Origin: Acidobacteriota bacterium
Lineage (GTDB): Bacteria; Acidobacteriota; Terriglobia; Terriglobales; SCQP01
Length of the DNA stretch: 64,000 nt
Direction: 5' to 3'
Assembly (NCBI GenBank): GCA_027314025.1
Contig: DAHVCP010000008.1
Coordinates: 40,992-104,991, forward strand
The notes under the pieces were generated by a model. It made no database searches, was not told the origin of the DNA, and was given only the letters and a program-made list of their open reading frames with translations. Made by a program: the position numbers and the translations under genes. This document shows, piece by piece, positions 41,771 through 51,290 of the stretch; the stretch's first letter is position 1; the number at the start of each line of letters is the position of its first letter.

Positions 41771-43003
41771 CTATATCCCCGCCTCGGCCAGCAGCGCCAT
41801 CAGCAGCAGCGCGCGGCGCAGCGCCGGCGTCCGGCCGGCGGGGTCAAACCATTCCTGCATGCTGTGGGCGCCGCCGCCGCGTCCCCCCGCTCCGAGCCGC
41901 ACCGCTGAGCGGCCCAGGGCCAGCGGAACATTGGCGTCGGTCGAGGCCAGCGTGTCGGCATGGGTCATCCCCAGCCGCTCCTCCACCTGCTCCAGCGCCG
42001 CGCGCAGCGGCGCCGCCCGCGGCAGCGCTCCCGCCGGCCGTTCCCCCAGCGATTCCAGGCGCCCGGTCACCGCGCCGCTGCGCGCTTGGCGGTTTTCCTC
42101 CGCGACTCCCTCCTCCACCGCCGCCCGCAATTCCTCCGCCAGTTGTTCCAGCCGCGGCGCCTCCGCGGCGCGCAAATCCACCTTCATGCTTGCCGCCGGC
42201 GCGACCGCATTGATGGCGCCGCCGCCGCTGATCTGGCCGATATTGCAGGCGGCCACGCCGAGTTCGTTGCGGGCCCGGCGCAGCAACCGCTCCGCCGCCC
42301 GCGCCAAGGCATGGATGGCGCTCGCCGCGCCCGCGTCCGCCCAACTGTGCCCGCCCGGCCCGGTGATCTCCACTTGAAAACGCCGGCTGCCGAGCGCGCG
42401 GGTGGTCAAGCCCTGGCCGGGCCCGTCCAGCACCAGTGTGTGCGCGATCTGCCCCGCCTCGGCGCCGGAGAACAAGTGGCGCATGCCGCGCAAATCGCCT
42501 TCGCCTTCTTCCCCCACATTGGCCGCGAAGCGGAAGGGCCAATGGCGGGGATCCAGTTGCGCCTCGGCGGTCAGCCGCGCCAGGGTCAGCAGCGCGGCCA
42601 ATCCCGCCGCATTATCGCCAATTCCCGGTCCGCGCCAAATCCTCCCCTCGGGTTGCGGCGTCATGGCGGTTCCCGGAGGAAACGCGGTATCCATATGCGC
42701 GGTAATCAGAATCTGCCGCCGGTTGGCCCCGCCGCGGCTGCGCGCCGGCATCCGCGCCAGCACGTTGCCCACCGTGTCCAACTCCGCTTCCAGGCCGAGG
42801 GCGGTGAACTGCGCCAGCATCCATTCCGCGCGCAACCCCTCGCCGCCGGTCGGCGCGGCGATGGCCGCGACCGCCAACTGTTGGCGGCGGATCCAGGGCT
42901 CCACGCGTGGAATCCGCGCCAGCGCGGCCGTCAGCCAAGGCTCGGCGTCCAACCGCGCCCAAGCGGCGGCAAAGTCATCCGGCATCTCGGCGGCAGCCTG
43001 CAC
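41771..43003 (-). CDS. M20/M25/M40 family metallopeptidase (ArgE/DapE/PepT-like)
   Basis: ITAHMDTAFPPG, GIGDNAAG, NVGEEGEGDLRG, HSMQEW. Confidence 0.8.
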   Translation of the reverse strand: MQAAAEMPDDFAAAWARLDAEPWLTAALARIPRVEPWIRRQQLAVAAIAAPTGGEGLRAEWMLAQFTALGLEAELDTVGNVLARMPARSRGGANRRQILITAHMDTAFPPGTAMTPQPEGRIWRGPGIGDNAAGLAALLTLARLTAEAQLDPRHWPFRFAANVGEEGEGDLRGMRHLFSGAEAGQIAHTLVLDGPGQGLTTRALGSRRFQVEITGPGGHSWADAGAASAIHALARAAERLLRRARNELGVAACNIGQISGGGAINAVAPAASMKVDLRAAEAPRLEQLAEELRAAVEEGVAEENRQARSGAVTGRLESLGERPAGALPRAAPLRAALEQVEERLGMTHADTLASTDANVPLALGRSAVRLGAGGRGGGAHSMQEWFDPAGRTPALRRALLLMALLAEAGI

Positions 43004-43006
43004 CCT

Positions 43007-43465
43007 TCAGGATAGTGGCGATTGCCGAGGAAGCTGCATCAGGGTCCGCGCCTTGGCCAGCACGCCTGGAAGCCCCGTGGTCGTGGCATAGGCGCCCACT
43101 TCGTCCCAGGCGACCCAGGCCAGCGCCGCCGCGTCACTGCCGGCTTGCGCCTCCGCCGCCGCCGCGGCATGGGCCAAGAAATCCAGAATGACGAAGTGAT
43201 ATTGCAATCCGCCCTTGGGCTCGCGCTGGATGATTTCAAAAATCTCCACCAGCGGTCCCGGCGCCACCGTCAGCCCGGTTTCCTCCCGCGCCTCCCGCAC
43301 CAGCGCCGCGCGCACGGTCTCTCCCGGTTCCACGCGGCCGCCAGGCAGGGTCCAAAGTCCGGCGGCCGGTTCCTGGCCGCGCCGAATCAGCAGCACGCGG
43401 TTTCCACGCGGGATGATCGCGCCCACCGCCAGCACCGGCGCGGGGGAATCGGTTCGGTCCGGCAC
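43007..43465 (-). CDS. NUDIX hydrolase
   Basis: Nudix box [24 protein letters not shown]. Confidence 0.9.
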   Translation of the reverse strand: MPDRTDSPAPVLAVGAIIPRGNRVLLIRRGQEPAAGLWTLPGGRVEPGETVRAALVREAREETGLTVAPGPLVEIFEIIQREPKGGLQYHFVILDFLAHAAAAAEAQAGSDAAALAWVAWDEVGAYATTTGLPGVLAKARTLMQLPRQSPLS

Positions 43466-43469
43466 CGCG

Positions 43470-44873
43470 CTAACGGCTGCCGCCGGCGGCGTGCTGGGGC
43501 TTGCGCGCCCGCCGCCGGAACACCAAGGTGGGCAGCGCCGGCAGGCTGGCCATTCCGTTGGCTCCGACCGCCGAGACCGCGATGAAATAGTTGTCCTTCG
43601 ACTGCCGCAGGTGCGCCTCCGTGCCGTGCACCGTTACCGCCTCGGTCCATTGCGGCGCCGCGGTTGGACGCAGCCAAACACGATAGCTGGCCGCGCCGGG
43701 CGAGGCCCGCCAGCTGAGCGTGGTGCCGCTCTCCAGCTTCGGCGCGTAATGCACCGCGGTGGGCGGGGGCGGCGCCGACGCCAGCGCCGCCAGCGTCATC
43801 GCGTTCACGCGCGCTGCGTTGGCGTTGTAGGCCGGCGTGGTGTAGCGCGCCAAATCGCCGTACTGCACCCCATGCACCCTCCGCACGGTTTGATGCTGGT
43901 GATGATAGTTCTCGTAATAGTCGGAGAAGCGCACCGCCGGATAGCCCGCCGCGTTGTAGGACATTTGGTCGCCGCCGCGCAAATAGCGATCCTGGCGGAA
44001 TTCCAGCACCACGTGGAATCCCGGCAAATATCCCGTCGCCAGCGCCGCGGCGTAGCGCGCCACCTCCCGCGAGGGCGAATCGTTCGTCCCGCCCAGCCAA
44101 GCGAGCAGGCGCAGCTGCCGCGGCGTCAGCCGCCCCGGCACGCCCTGGCTGAACACCCGCAGGCGGTCATGGTTGGCTCGCCCCGGGGTGTTGTCGCCGC
44201 CCACGATGTCGTTGTCCAGCATCGCCGCGATGTCCAGCCCGTGCGCCCGCGCGGTTTGCGCCGCATAACGGCTGCCAAACAGCCCTTCTTCTTCGCCCTC
44301 GAAGGCGATAAAGGCGATGGAGGCGGGGAAGCGATAGCGGCTCAGCACCCTCGCGCACTCCAGAACCACCGCCGTACCGCTGCCGTCGTCGTTGGCGCCG
44401 GGGGCGCCGATCGTGCCGTTGTACAGGTCCGTGGCGCGGGAATCGTAATGCCCGCCGACGACGAAGATGCGGTGATCGCGCGGATCCGTGCCCGGCAGGA
44501 ACGCCTCCACGTCCGCCATTCGCGTGGCCCGCGGCATGCCCCGTCCCCGCGGCACGGTGAAGCGCAGCAGGCGCACTTGCAGCCGTCCCGCATCCGCCGC
44601 CGCGTCCCGCCGGAACTGCGCGGCAATCCATTTCCGTGCCGCTCCCACCCCCCGCCCGTTGCGGCCGCGGTAGCTGGAGAAGCTGCTACGCGTTCCAAAA
44701 CTGACCAATTGCAAAATATCGGCGTGGATGCGCGCCGCCGAGATCGCCCGCGCGATCGCGCGCAATTCGCCGCTGCCGCGATCGAGCCGATAGGGGTGGG
44801 GCGGCGGCGTGGCGGCGGAGGCGATGGCCCCGGTCAGTACGAGCGTCAGAACCAGCAGCAGTTGCTTGCGCAT
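43470..44873 (-). CDS. Secreted M28 family metallopeptidase with C-terminal FN3-like domain
   Basis: Signal peptide [20 protein letters not shown]; [14 protein letters not shown]; [13 protein letters not shown]. Confidence 0.85.
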   Translation of the reverse strand: MRKQLLLVLTLVLTGAIASAATPPPHPYRLDRGSGELRAIARAISAARIHADILQLVSFGTRSSFSSYRGRNGRGVGAARKWIAAQFRRDAAADAGRLQVRLLRFTVPRGRGMPRATRMADVEAFLPGTDPRDHRIFVVGGHYDSRATDLYNGTIGAPGANDDGSGTAVVLECARVLSRYRFPASIAFIAFEGEEEGLFGSRYAAQTARAHGLDIAAMLDNDIVGGDNTPGRANHDRLRVFSQGVPGRLTPRQLRLLAWLGGTNDSPSREVARYAAALATGYLPGFHVVLEFRQDRYLRGGDQMSYNAAGYPAVRFSDYYENYHHQHQTVRRVHGVQYGDLARYTTPAYNANAARVNAMTLAALASAPPPPTAVHYAPKLESGTTLSWRASPGAASYRVWLRPTAAPQWTEAVTVHGTEAHLRQSKDNYFIAVSAVGANGMASLPALPTLVFRRRARKPQHAAGGSR

Positions 44874-44890
44874 AATGGAGGCACCAGTAT

Positions 44891-44925
44891 GGGATTTGCC
44901 AGTTCGGGACTGGCCAGTTTGGGAT
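44891..44925. repeat. About 2.4 tandem copies of a 15-nt unit GGGA(T/C)T(T/G)GCCAGTT(C/T)
   Basis: GGGATTTGCCAGTTC (44891-44905), GGGACTGGCCAGTTT (44906-44920), GGGAT... (44921-). Lies in the divergent M28 / LysW-like intergenic region. Confidence 0.7.
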
Positions 44926-45133
44926 GCGTGGGTTGAGCAGCGGCATTGTACTCCAATCCCGGCGCCGGCGAGCGCGGCCGCCGCATCGCCGCCGGCGCCA
45001 ACCCGCTTGCTTTTTTCCGGCGGCGGTATAAAAAGAGAAGAGTGACGGCTGGCCCGGCCCGCCGCACCGGATCGCCCCGCGAGGGAAGAGAGCCACCCCT
45101 ATGACTACGCTAGCCGCCCCGACTGGAGGAATC

Positions 45134-45382
45134 ATGGCCCTGTGCCCGGAGTGTGAAGCGCAACTGGATATGGACGACAGCCAGGTTGATGAAGGCGCCG
45201 TGATCAGTTGTCCGGATTGCGGTTCCGATTTTGAAGTCGTCAACGCCCACCCCTTGGAATTGAACGCGGTGGACGATGACGACGACGCCGATGAGGACTT
45301 CGACGACGAGGACCTGGAAGACGAAGACGAGGATTTCGACGAATACGGGGACGACGAAGACGAGGACGAGGACGAAGAGTGA
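45134..45382 (+). CDS. LysW-like zinc-ribbon protein (amino-group carrier protein family fold) with an extended poly-acidic C-terminal tail
   Basis: CPECEAQL...GAVISCPDCGSDFEVVNAHPLELN matches the LysW pattern CPxC...CxDCGxxxEVVxxxPLxL. GGAGGA RBS 3 nt upstream of the ATG at 45134. 30 of the last 36 residues are D/E, ending ...DEDEDEE. Confidence 0.7.
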   Translation: MALCPECEAQLDMDDSQVDEGAVISCPDCGSDFEVVNAHPLELNAVDDDDDADEDFDDEDLEDEDEDFDEYGDDEDEDEDEE

Positions 45383-45762
45383 GGCGGCAGGCTGCTGATT
45401 CCGCCCGCGGCGGCTTCCGGCCACGGCCGCGCGCGCACGCCGCCGCCGCGCTGCTGGTGCTACTCGCCGCCGGCGCGGCCTTGGGCCAAGCCAACCGCAC
45501 CGTGGAGGGCGCGGTGCTGGACGCCGCCAACCACCCCATCCCCCAGGCCGTCGTCTACCTGAAAAATACCCAGACGCAGTCGGTGGAGACCTACATTACC
45601 GGGCAACACGGGCGCTTTTATTTCCACGCGGTCGCCCCCAACGCCAATTTTCAGGTCTACGCCATTTATCGCGGGCACCGCAGCAAGACGCGCACCGTCT
45701 CCGCCTACAACACCAGCCCGGTGGTGCGCGTGGACCTTACCCTGCCGCTGATCCTCCACTAG
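45379..45762 (+). CDS. Secreted CarboxypepD_reg-like domain protein
   Basis: GTGA overlap with the LysW-like gene. Signal-like AAALLVLLAAGAALGQ. VEGAVLDAANHPIPQAVVYLKN...TGQHGRFYFHAVAPNANFQVYA. Confidence 0.65.
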   Translation: MRRQAADSARGGFRPRPRAHAAAALLVLLAAGAALGQANRTVEGAVLDAANHPIPQAVVYLKNTQTQSVETYITGQHGRFYFHAVAPNANFQVYAIYRGHRSKTRTVSAYNTSPVVRVDLTLPLILH

Positions 45763-46501
45763 CGCCTTGGCCGGCGCCGCGCCCCTGCGCGCGCTGCCAC
45801 GGCGGCGGACCCGGGGTGCACAGGGCGTCCAATTCCAGCCGGTCCTTGTAGGTGTCGAGGCAGGCCCAAAAGCCCCGGTGCTGGAACGCCCGCAGTTGGT
45901 CTTGTTGCGCCAGCCGCTCCAGCGGCGCGCCCTCGAGCGCGTGCTCCGCCCGCAACGTATCCAGGAATTCCCGGCGGAAGACGAAAAACCCGCCATTGAT
46001 CCAATCCGGCGAATAGGGCTTTTCGTGGAAGCCGGTCACCGCCTGGTCGTCCCCCAACTGCAACAGGCCGAAGGGCAGCCGCGGCTGCACGGCGGTCAGC
46101 GTGCCGCGGCGCTGATGGCCGCGGTGAAAGGCCAGCAAGGTGGCGAAATCCAGATCGGCCAAACCGTCGCCATAGGTGGCGAAAAAGTCCGGGGTGCGAA
46201 TGCGGTCGGCGATCGCCGCCAAACGCCCGCCGGTGGGCGTGGTTTCGCCCGTGTCCACGTACTCGACCCGCCATTCCGGCTCGGGGCGCAGTTGCCGCCG
46301 GATGTCCTCGCCGCGATAACCCAGGCACAGAATGAAGTGCCGCCAGCCCTGCTCCGCGTAGAGGTGAAGAATATGCCATAGGATCGGCCGGCCGCCGATG
46401 GGAATCAGCGCCTTGGGCAGGTTGGCGGCGGTGGCGGCGCCCAAGCGGGTGCCTTGGCCCCCGCAGAGTACGGCCGTGGGCAGGGGATCAGTCGCGGGCA
46501 T
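45737..46501 (-). CDS. Sugar-1-phosphate nucleotidyltransferase (glucose-1-phosphate cytidylyltransferase RfbF-like)
   Basis: VLCGGQGTRLG, KALIPIGGRPILWHILHLY, ILCLGYRGEDI, INGGFFVF. Confidence 0.85.
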   Translation of the reverse strand: MPATDPLPTAVLCGGQGTRLGAATAANLPKALIPIGGRPILWHILHLYAEQGWRHFILCLGYRGEDIRRQLRPEPEWRVEYVDTGETTPTGGRLAAIADRIRTPDFFATYGDGLADLDFATLLAFHRGHQRRGTLTAVQPRLPFGLLQLGDDQAVTGFHEKPYSPDWINGGFFVFRREFLDTLRAEHALEGAPLERLAQQDQLRAFQHRGFWACLDTYKDRLELDALCTPGPPPWQRAQGRGAGQGASGGSAAG

Positions 46502-47297
46502 GGGCGTTACGCGCCTCCTGGCCGGCGGCCAATTGCGGCGGCGGCGCCGCCCGATAGTGCTCCAGCAACTTGGCCTCCTTCAAAAGAACGTAGTTGGCCG
46601 CCAGATACGCCAGGATCAGTCCCGGCCGGCCGTCGCGGAATCCCTGCCGCAGGAGGTAGCTGCGCAGAAACGTCCACGGCGGCGCGCAGCACAAACGCGC
46701 CCAGGACGGCTGCCGGCCGGCGGCGGCGCGCGCCGCCGCGGCGATGTCCGTGTAGCGGTTCATCACCGCCACGTGCTCGCCGACGTTGCGGCGGGTGAAG
46801 TGCAGCAAGTCGCCCGGCAGCGTGCCCACCCGTCCCTGCACCTTGGGCGCCTCATGCGGCGGCTCGCCGCCCCAATGCGTCACCGCCCGGCGGTACAGCC
46901 GCGTTTGGTAATCCGGATACCAGCCGGAATGGCGGATCCAGCGGTCCATGTACCAGGTGCGGCGCGCCATGCGGTAGGCGTCCGCGTCCGGCCCGCGTTG
47001 CCGCAGTTGCTCAATCCCCGCCCGCAGTTCCGGCGTCATGCGCTCATCGGCGTCCAGCGTCAGCACCCATTCGTGCCGGCAGAGGCTATCGGCGTGGTTG
47101 TGCTTCTCTCCGTAGCCGCGAAACTCGTGCATCTCCACCCGCGCGCCGTGCCGCCGCGCGATCTCGGCGGTGGCGTCGGTGGAATAGGAGTCCAGCACCA
47201 GCAGCTCATCCGCCCACGCGACCGAATCCAGCGCCGCGGCGATATGGTCGGCCTCGTTGTAGGTGTTGATCCGGGCGGTGATCTTCATGGCGGCCAA
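46488..47297 (-). CDS. Glycosyltransferase family 2
   Basis: INTYNEADHI, LVLDSYSTD, LTLDADE (DxD) motifs. Confidence 0.85.
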   Translation of the reverse strand: MAAMKITARINTYNEADHIAAALDSVAWADELLVLDSYSTDATAEIARRHGARVEMHEFRGYGEKHNHADSLCRHEWVLTLDADERMTPELRAGIEQLRQRGPDADAYRMARRTWYMDRWIRHSGWYPDYQTRLYRRAVTHWGGEPPHEAPKVQGRVGTLPGDLLHFTRRNVGEHVAVMNRYTDIAAAARAAAGRQPSWARLCCAPPWTFLRSYLLRQGFRDGRPGLILAYLAANYVLLKEAKLLEHYRAAPPPQLAAGQEARNAHARD

Positions 47298-47352
47298 GGC
47301 CCAGTGTAAGGGGTTCCCGGCCAGGGAGAGTGCGCGGCGCTATCCTACGCCA

Positions 47353-48405
47353 GTGGAAGTGGCGCACGTGGATTTCGGCCGCGCGTGGCGCGGCGGACAA
47401 CAGCAGCTCTGGCTGCTGGCCCGGGCCTTGCAGCCCCTGGGCTGGCGCTCGCTGATCATTACCCCGGCGGCGGATTTGGCCGCGCGGTGGCGCGCGGCCG
47501 GCTTTGAGGCGCTGTCGCCCGCCGCGGCGCGCCGCCGCCTGCGCCGGGCCGACGCCGTGCACGTGCATGACGGCCGCGCGTTGGGCTGGGCGCTGCTGGC
47601 GCGCTTGGGCCGCCGCGCGCCGCCCCTGGTGGCCAGCCGCCGCGTCGCGTTTCCCCTCCGGCCGCTGGCGGCGGCCAAATGGCGCCGCGCGCAGCGCGTC
47701 TTGGCCGTGTCGGAGTTTGTCCGCCGTGATTTGCTGCGCGCCGGCGTGGCCCGGGAACGGGTCGCGGTGGTATGCGACGCGGTGGACCCCGCAAGCCTGC
47801 CCAATGCGGCTGCCGCCCGCCGCCACACGCGCCAGGCGCTCGGCATGGCGCCCGACGAATTGTGTTTGGCCTGTGTCAGCGCCTTGACCCCGGAGAAGGG
47901 CGTCGGGGATCTGATTGCCGCCTTGCCGCTGCTGTCCGATCTCCACCCGCGGCTGCTGCTGGCCGGCGAAGGGCCATTGCGCGGCGCGCTGCAATCCGAA
48001 GCCGAGCGGCGGGGCGTGGCCACGCAGTTGATTTGGGCCCAGGGGCGTTGTGGCATCCCGGAGGCGGTCGCCGCCGCGGATATCTTTGTCTTGCCGTCGC
48101 GTCAGGAGGGGCTGGGCTCCTCGATTCTTTTGGCCCGCGCGCTGGAACGCGCCGTGGTGGCCACCGCCGTGGGGGGCGTGCCGGAGTTGGTCGTCTCCGG
48201 CGCGGACGGTTTGCTGGCGCCCCCGGCTGACCCGCCCGCCTTGGCGGCGGCGATTCGCCTGGCGGCTGCCGACCCCGCCCAGCGCCAGGGCTGGATCGCG
48301 GCCGGAACCGCCTCGCTGCGCGCGCGTTTCACCCCTGCCGTCATGGCCGCCGGCACCGCCGCAGCCTACGCCGCGGTGCTTGCGCCGCCCCCTCCGGTCC
48401 AATAA
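47353..48405 (+). CDS. Glycosyltransferase family 4 (GT-B)
   Basis: PSRQEGLGSSILLARALERAVVATAVGGVPELV (E-x7-E region). GTG at 47353 chosen to avoid a head-on overlap with the GT2 gene; start uncertain. Confidence 0.8.
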   Translation: MEVAHVDFGRAWRGGQQQLWLLARALQPLGWRSLIITPAADLAARWRAAGFEALSPAAARRRLRRADAVHVHDGRALGWALLARLGRRAPPLVASRRVAFPLRPLAAAKWRRAQRVLAVSEFVRRDLLRAGVARERVAVVCDAVDPASLPNAAAARRHTRQALGMAPDELCLACVSALTPEKGVGDLIAALPLLSDLHPRLLLAGEGPLRGALQSEAERRGVATQLIWAQGRCGIPEAVAAADIFVLPSRQEGLGSSILLARALERAVVATAVGGVPELVVSGADGLLAPPADPPALAAAIRLAAADPAQRQGWIAAGTASLRARFTPAVMAAGTAAAYAAVLAPPPPVQ

Positions 48406-48461
48406 GCCGGCCGGCGCTACCGCCGATTGCCGGCGCAGCCGGGAGCCGCTACTCTGATGCG

Positions 48462-49040
48462 ATGAAGGTTCCGTGCCTGGCATTTCTGCTCCTGGTCGCG
48501 TCGGCGGGCGCTGTTGCCCCCGCCCGCTCGCCCGGGCTGTCTCCCCAGGCTGGTCCCGCTGCCGCGACGGCAATTCCAGCGGCTGAGCTGGCGGACATTC
48601 GCGCCTACATGGCCGCGTCGGGAACCGCGGCCCGCGTGCGCCAGGCCATGCGCACTGGCATCGACGCCGTCGCCCCATTCATGCAGCGAGAGCTGCCACC
48701 CGGCGCCTATCAAAAGCGCCTGCTTGCTCTCTTTACGCAAACCATAATTCGACGCGCGCAGCCGGTGATGACCCGGATCATTGTGGCCGTCATCGCGCGG
48801 CATTTCAGCGACAGCGAGATCCGCCGGCTTACGGCGTTGTACCGCACCCCGCTGGGGCGAATGGTGGTGGCCTTACGTCCCGCCATGGCCTCGGAGATGA
48901 TGGCGCAGGTGCAAACTATCGCCGCCCGATTGGGCCGCCAGTCAATGTTGGATGTGCTCAAGGACCATCCCCGTCATCCCCGTCTTGCGAAGCAATTGAA
49001 GCAGGCGGCATGGGCCGCCCGCCAGGCCGCCGCGCACTGA
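48462..49040 (+). CDS. Secreted DUF2059-like protein
   Basis: Signal peptide MKVPCLAFLLLVASAGAVA. HFSDSEIRRLTALYRTPLGRMV resembles the DUF2059 FT..E...L..FY.SP.G pattern (by recall). Confidence 0.6.
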   Translation: MKVPCLAFLLLVASAGAVAPARSPGLSPQAGPAAATAIPAAELADIRAYMAASGTAARVRQAMRTGIDAVAPFMQRELPPGAYQKRLLALFTQTIIRRAQPVMTRIIVAVIARHFSDSEIRRLTALYRTPLGRMVVALRPAMASEMMAQVQTIAARLGRQSMLDVLKDHPRHPRLAKQLKQAAWAARQAAAH

Positions 49041-49177
49041 CAGCGGCTGGTGCGGACGGCCGCGCGTAGATTCCCGCCCGGTCGGAAGCCGGCCTCCAGG
49101 CGCGGAAGACGCACGGCGGCGGCGCCAAAACGCGGTCGCAAGCGCCCTCGCCGCCGCCCTGGCGCATCGCACGGTTC

Positions 49178-49720
49178 ATGCGGCGCAGCCAATGGCGGTG
49201 GTGGCATGGGCTGGCTTTCTACGGGGGCGTGCGGCTCGCCGGCTGGGCCCTTAGCCGCTGCGCCGCCCACTATGCCCGCAGCCGAGGATTGCCCGCCGTC
49301 TCCCCGCAACAGTTCTACCGCCGCCAAAAGCTGCCCTGGTTCGCTCCACCCTCCTGGGCGTTTCCCGTCGCCTGGAGCGTGAACTCCGCCGGACTGGTCG
49401 CGGCCAGCCTGCGTCTGCTCAATCTGCCGGTCCGTACCTCCGGCCGCAATCAACTGCTGCGCTTGCAAGCCGCCGGCTGGGTACTTTTCGCCAGTTTCGA
49501 TGCCGCCTATTTCCAGCTCCAGTCCCCCATTAACGCCGCCCTGGTGACGCTGCCCTACAGCCTGCTCACCTGGGCTTCGCTGTTTACCGCCGTCCGCCGC
49601 ATGCACGACCATGCCGTTGCGTGGGCCCTCGCTCCCACCGCCGCCTGGACGGCGCTGGCCGCGCCGCTCAGCGTGGCCCAGGCTTGCCGCGCCCGGGATC
49701 GGTTTTGGCTCCGCAATTGA
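49178..49720 (+). CDS. TspO/MBR-like tryptophan-rich membrane protein (tentative)
   Basis: FYRRQKLPWFAPPSWAFPVAWSVNSAGL resembles the TspO WY..L.KP.w.PP.w.F.pvW motif; about 5 TM segments. Confidence 0.5.
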   Translation: MRRSQWRWWHGLAFYGGVRLAGWALSRCAAHYARSRGLPAVSPQQFYRRQKLPWFAPPSWAFPVAWSVNSAGLVAASLRLLNLPVRTSGRNQLLRLQAAGWVLFASFDAAYFQLQSPINAALVTLPYSLLTWASLFTAVRRMHDHAVAWALAPTAAWTALAAPLSVAQACRARDRFWLRN

Positions 49721-49945
49721 CGCGCGACGAGCCGCGGAGCCGCGGCGGCGGACCACGAATGCATGCGGCGGTGAGCGTAAGGTAGCAAACGCGGCTGGCC
49801 GGAGATGCCGTGGCCGGCAGTTGCGCCGGGTCCGCGGCCGGCCGCAGGCCGGCTCTGGCGGACGCGGGCGAACATGCATTTTCCCGCTCTCGACGGCCAA
49901 ACGGGCGGCGCCTGACGGCTTCCAAGCGGGCAGCGAGGGTCTGCC

Positions 49946-51160
49946 ATGGGGGGGCGATCGGCGTGGGGATGGGGATTGTGGCTGCTGTGCGGCTCCCTAG
50001 CCGTGGCCCAGTCCGCAACGAGGGCAGCCGCCTACCAGCACTGGGAGACCGCCGGCTATCAAGCGTTTTACAGTCTGGACTACCGCGCGGCGCTGGCCGA
50101 TTTCGCCCGCCTGGTCCAACTGGAACCGCGCAATCCGGCCGCTTGGAACCATCTCGCCCAAGCCCGCTTGTACCGCGAAATGTATCGTGTCGGCGCCTTG
50201 GCCGCCGGGCTTTACGCCAAAAGCGATGGCTTCCTGCACGCCCGTCTCTTGCCGCTCGACCCGCGCGCCTGCCGGGCATTCCTGGCCGCCGACCGCCAAG
50301 CCATGGCGCTGGCCCGCCGCCAGTTGGCGCGCCATCCCGATGGGGCGGCGGCCAACTACGGCATGGCCGCCGCCATCGGCCTGCGCGGCACCTATGACTT
50401 TGCTCTGCGCCGGGCCTACCTGGCCGCGCTGCGGGATTCGATTCGTGCCGATCGTTACGCCCGCCGCGCTGCCCGCGCGCGCGGCAACTGGGCGGGCCCG
50501 CAATTGATTCTCGGCGTGCATGATTACGTCGCCGGCAGCCTGCCCTGGACGGTGCGCTGGCTGGCCCATTGGGCCGGCCTACGCGGCACGCGGCGGCAAG
50601 GGATCGCCCGCATCCGCCGGGTTGCCCGCAGCTCCGCGCCGGAGCGCGTCGAGGCCCGGATCCTTTTGGCCGTGGTCTATCGTCGCCAGGGTTGGAACCG
50701 CCGCGCCGCCCGGTGGTTGCGGCGGCTGCGCGCCGCCTATCCGCGCAATGCCCTGTTCGCCCTGGAATTGGCGCGGGCGGAAGCGGCGGCGGGGCGGCGC
50801 CGCCGCGCGCTGCGCGCGTACGGTTGGCTGCTGGCCGCATCCCGGGGCCACGCTCCCAGCTTTGCCCGCTTGCCTTGGCCCCGAATCTGGCTGGTCATCG
50901 GCGCCATTCAGCGCTCCTTGCGCCGATGGCATGCCGCGCTCGCCGCGTTTCTCCAGGTCCCGCGGATCGCATCGGCCGGCCCCGCCGAGCGGCAACAAGC
51001 CGCGCTGGCGGCGGGCGAGGCCGAGGACCTCATTGGCCGCCGCCGCGCCGCCCTGGCCGACTACCGCCGCTGCATCGCTCTGGGCGGCGCGGCGCCAGCG
51101 GCGAAAGCGGCCCGCCACTGGCTGCGCCACCCCTATGTTTCCGGCGGGAACTCCCGCTAG
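49946..51160 (+). CDS. Secreted TPR-like repeat protein
   Basis: Signal-like WGWGLWLLCGSLAVAQS; helical repeat composition rich in A/L/R/Y. No specific family. Confidence 0.6.
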   Translation: MGGRSAWGWGLWLLCGSLAVAQSATRAAAYQHWETAGYQAFYSLDYRAALADFARLVQLEPRNPAAWNHLAQARLYREMYRVGALAAGLYAKSDGFLHARLLPLDPRACRAFLAADRQAMALARRQLARHPDGAAANYGMAAAIGLRGTYDFALRRAYLAALRDSIRADRYARRAARARGNWAGPQLILGVHDYVAGSLPWTVRWLAHWAGLRGTRRQGIARIRRVARSSAPERVEARILLAVVYRRQGWNRRAARWLRRLRAAYPRNALFALELARAEAAAGRRRRALRAYGWLLAASRGHAPSFARLPWPRIWLVIGAIQRSLRRWHAALAAFLQVPRIASAGPAERQQAALAAGEAEDLIGRRRAALADYRRCIALGGAAPAAKAARHWLRHPYVSGGNSR

Positions 51161-51290
51161 CCGCGGCGGAAAATGGCCGCGGCGCCCGCGTGCCCCATGC
51201 TCCGCCGCGGCGCGCGCGCAGCGGCCCTTTTTCCTGCCGCCGCGGCGGCGGCGCCTCCGCGGCAGGGCGGCACGTTATCCTGATGGACTA

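Noticed and set aside
43215-44936. 573-aa plus-strand ORF
   Set aside because: It is antisense to the M28 peptidase and Nudix genes, which have clear metal-binding and Nudix-box motifs.
47206-50840. Minus-strand ORFs 47206-48678 (490 aa) and 49668-50840 (390 aa)
   Set aside because: They are antisense to the GT4 glycosyltransferase, the DUF2059-like gene and the TPR gene. Composition is Arg/Gly/Pro-rich.
50520-51290. N-terminal 257-aa extension of the pheA ORF (track ORF 50520-52199)
   Set aside because: The extension overlaps the TPR-protein gene in another frame and is Arg/Pro-rich. Prephenate dehydratase homology begins at the ATG at 51291.
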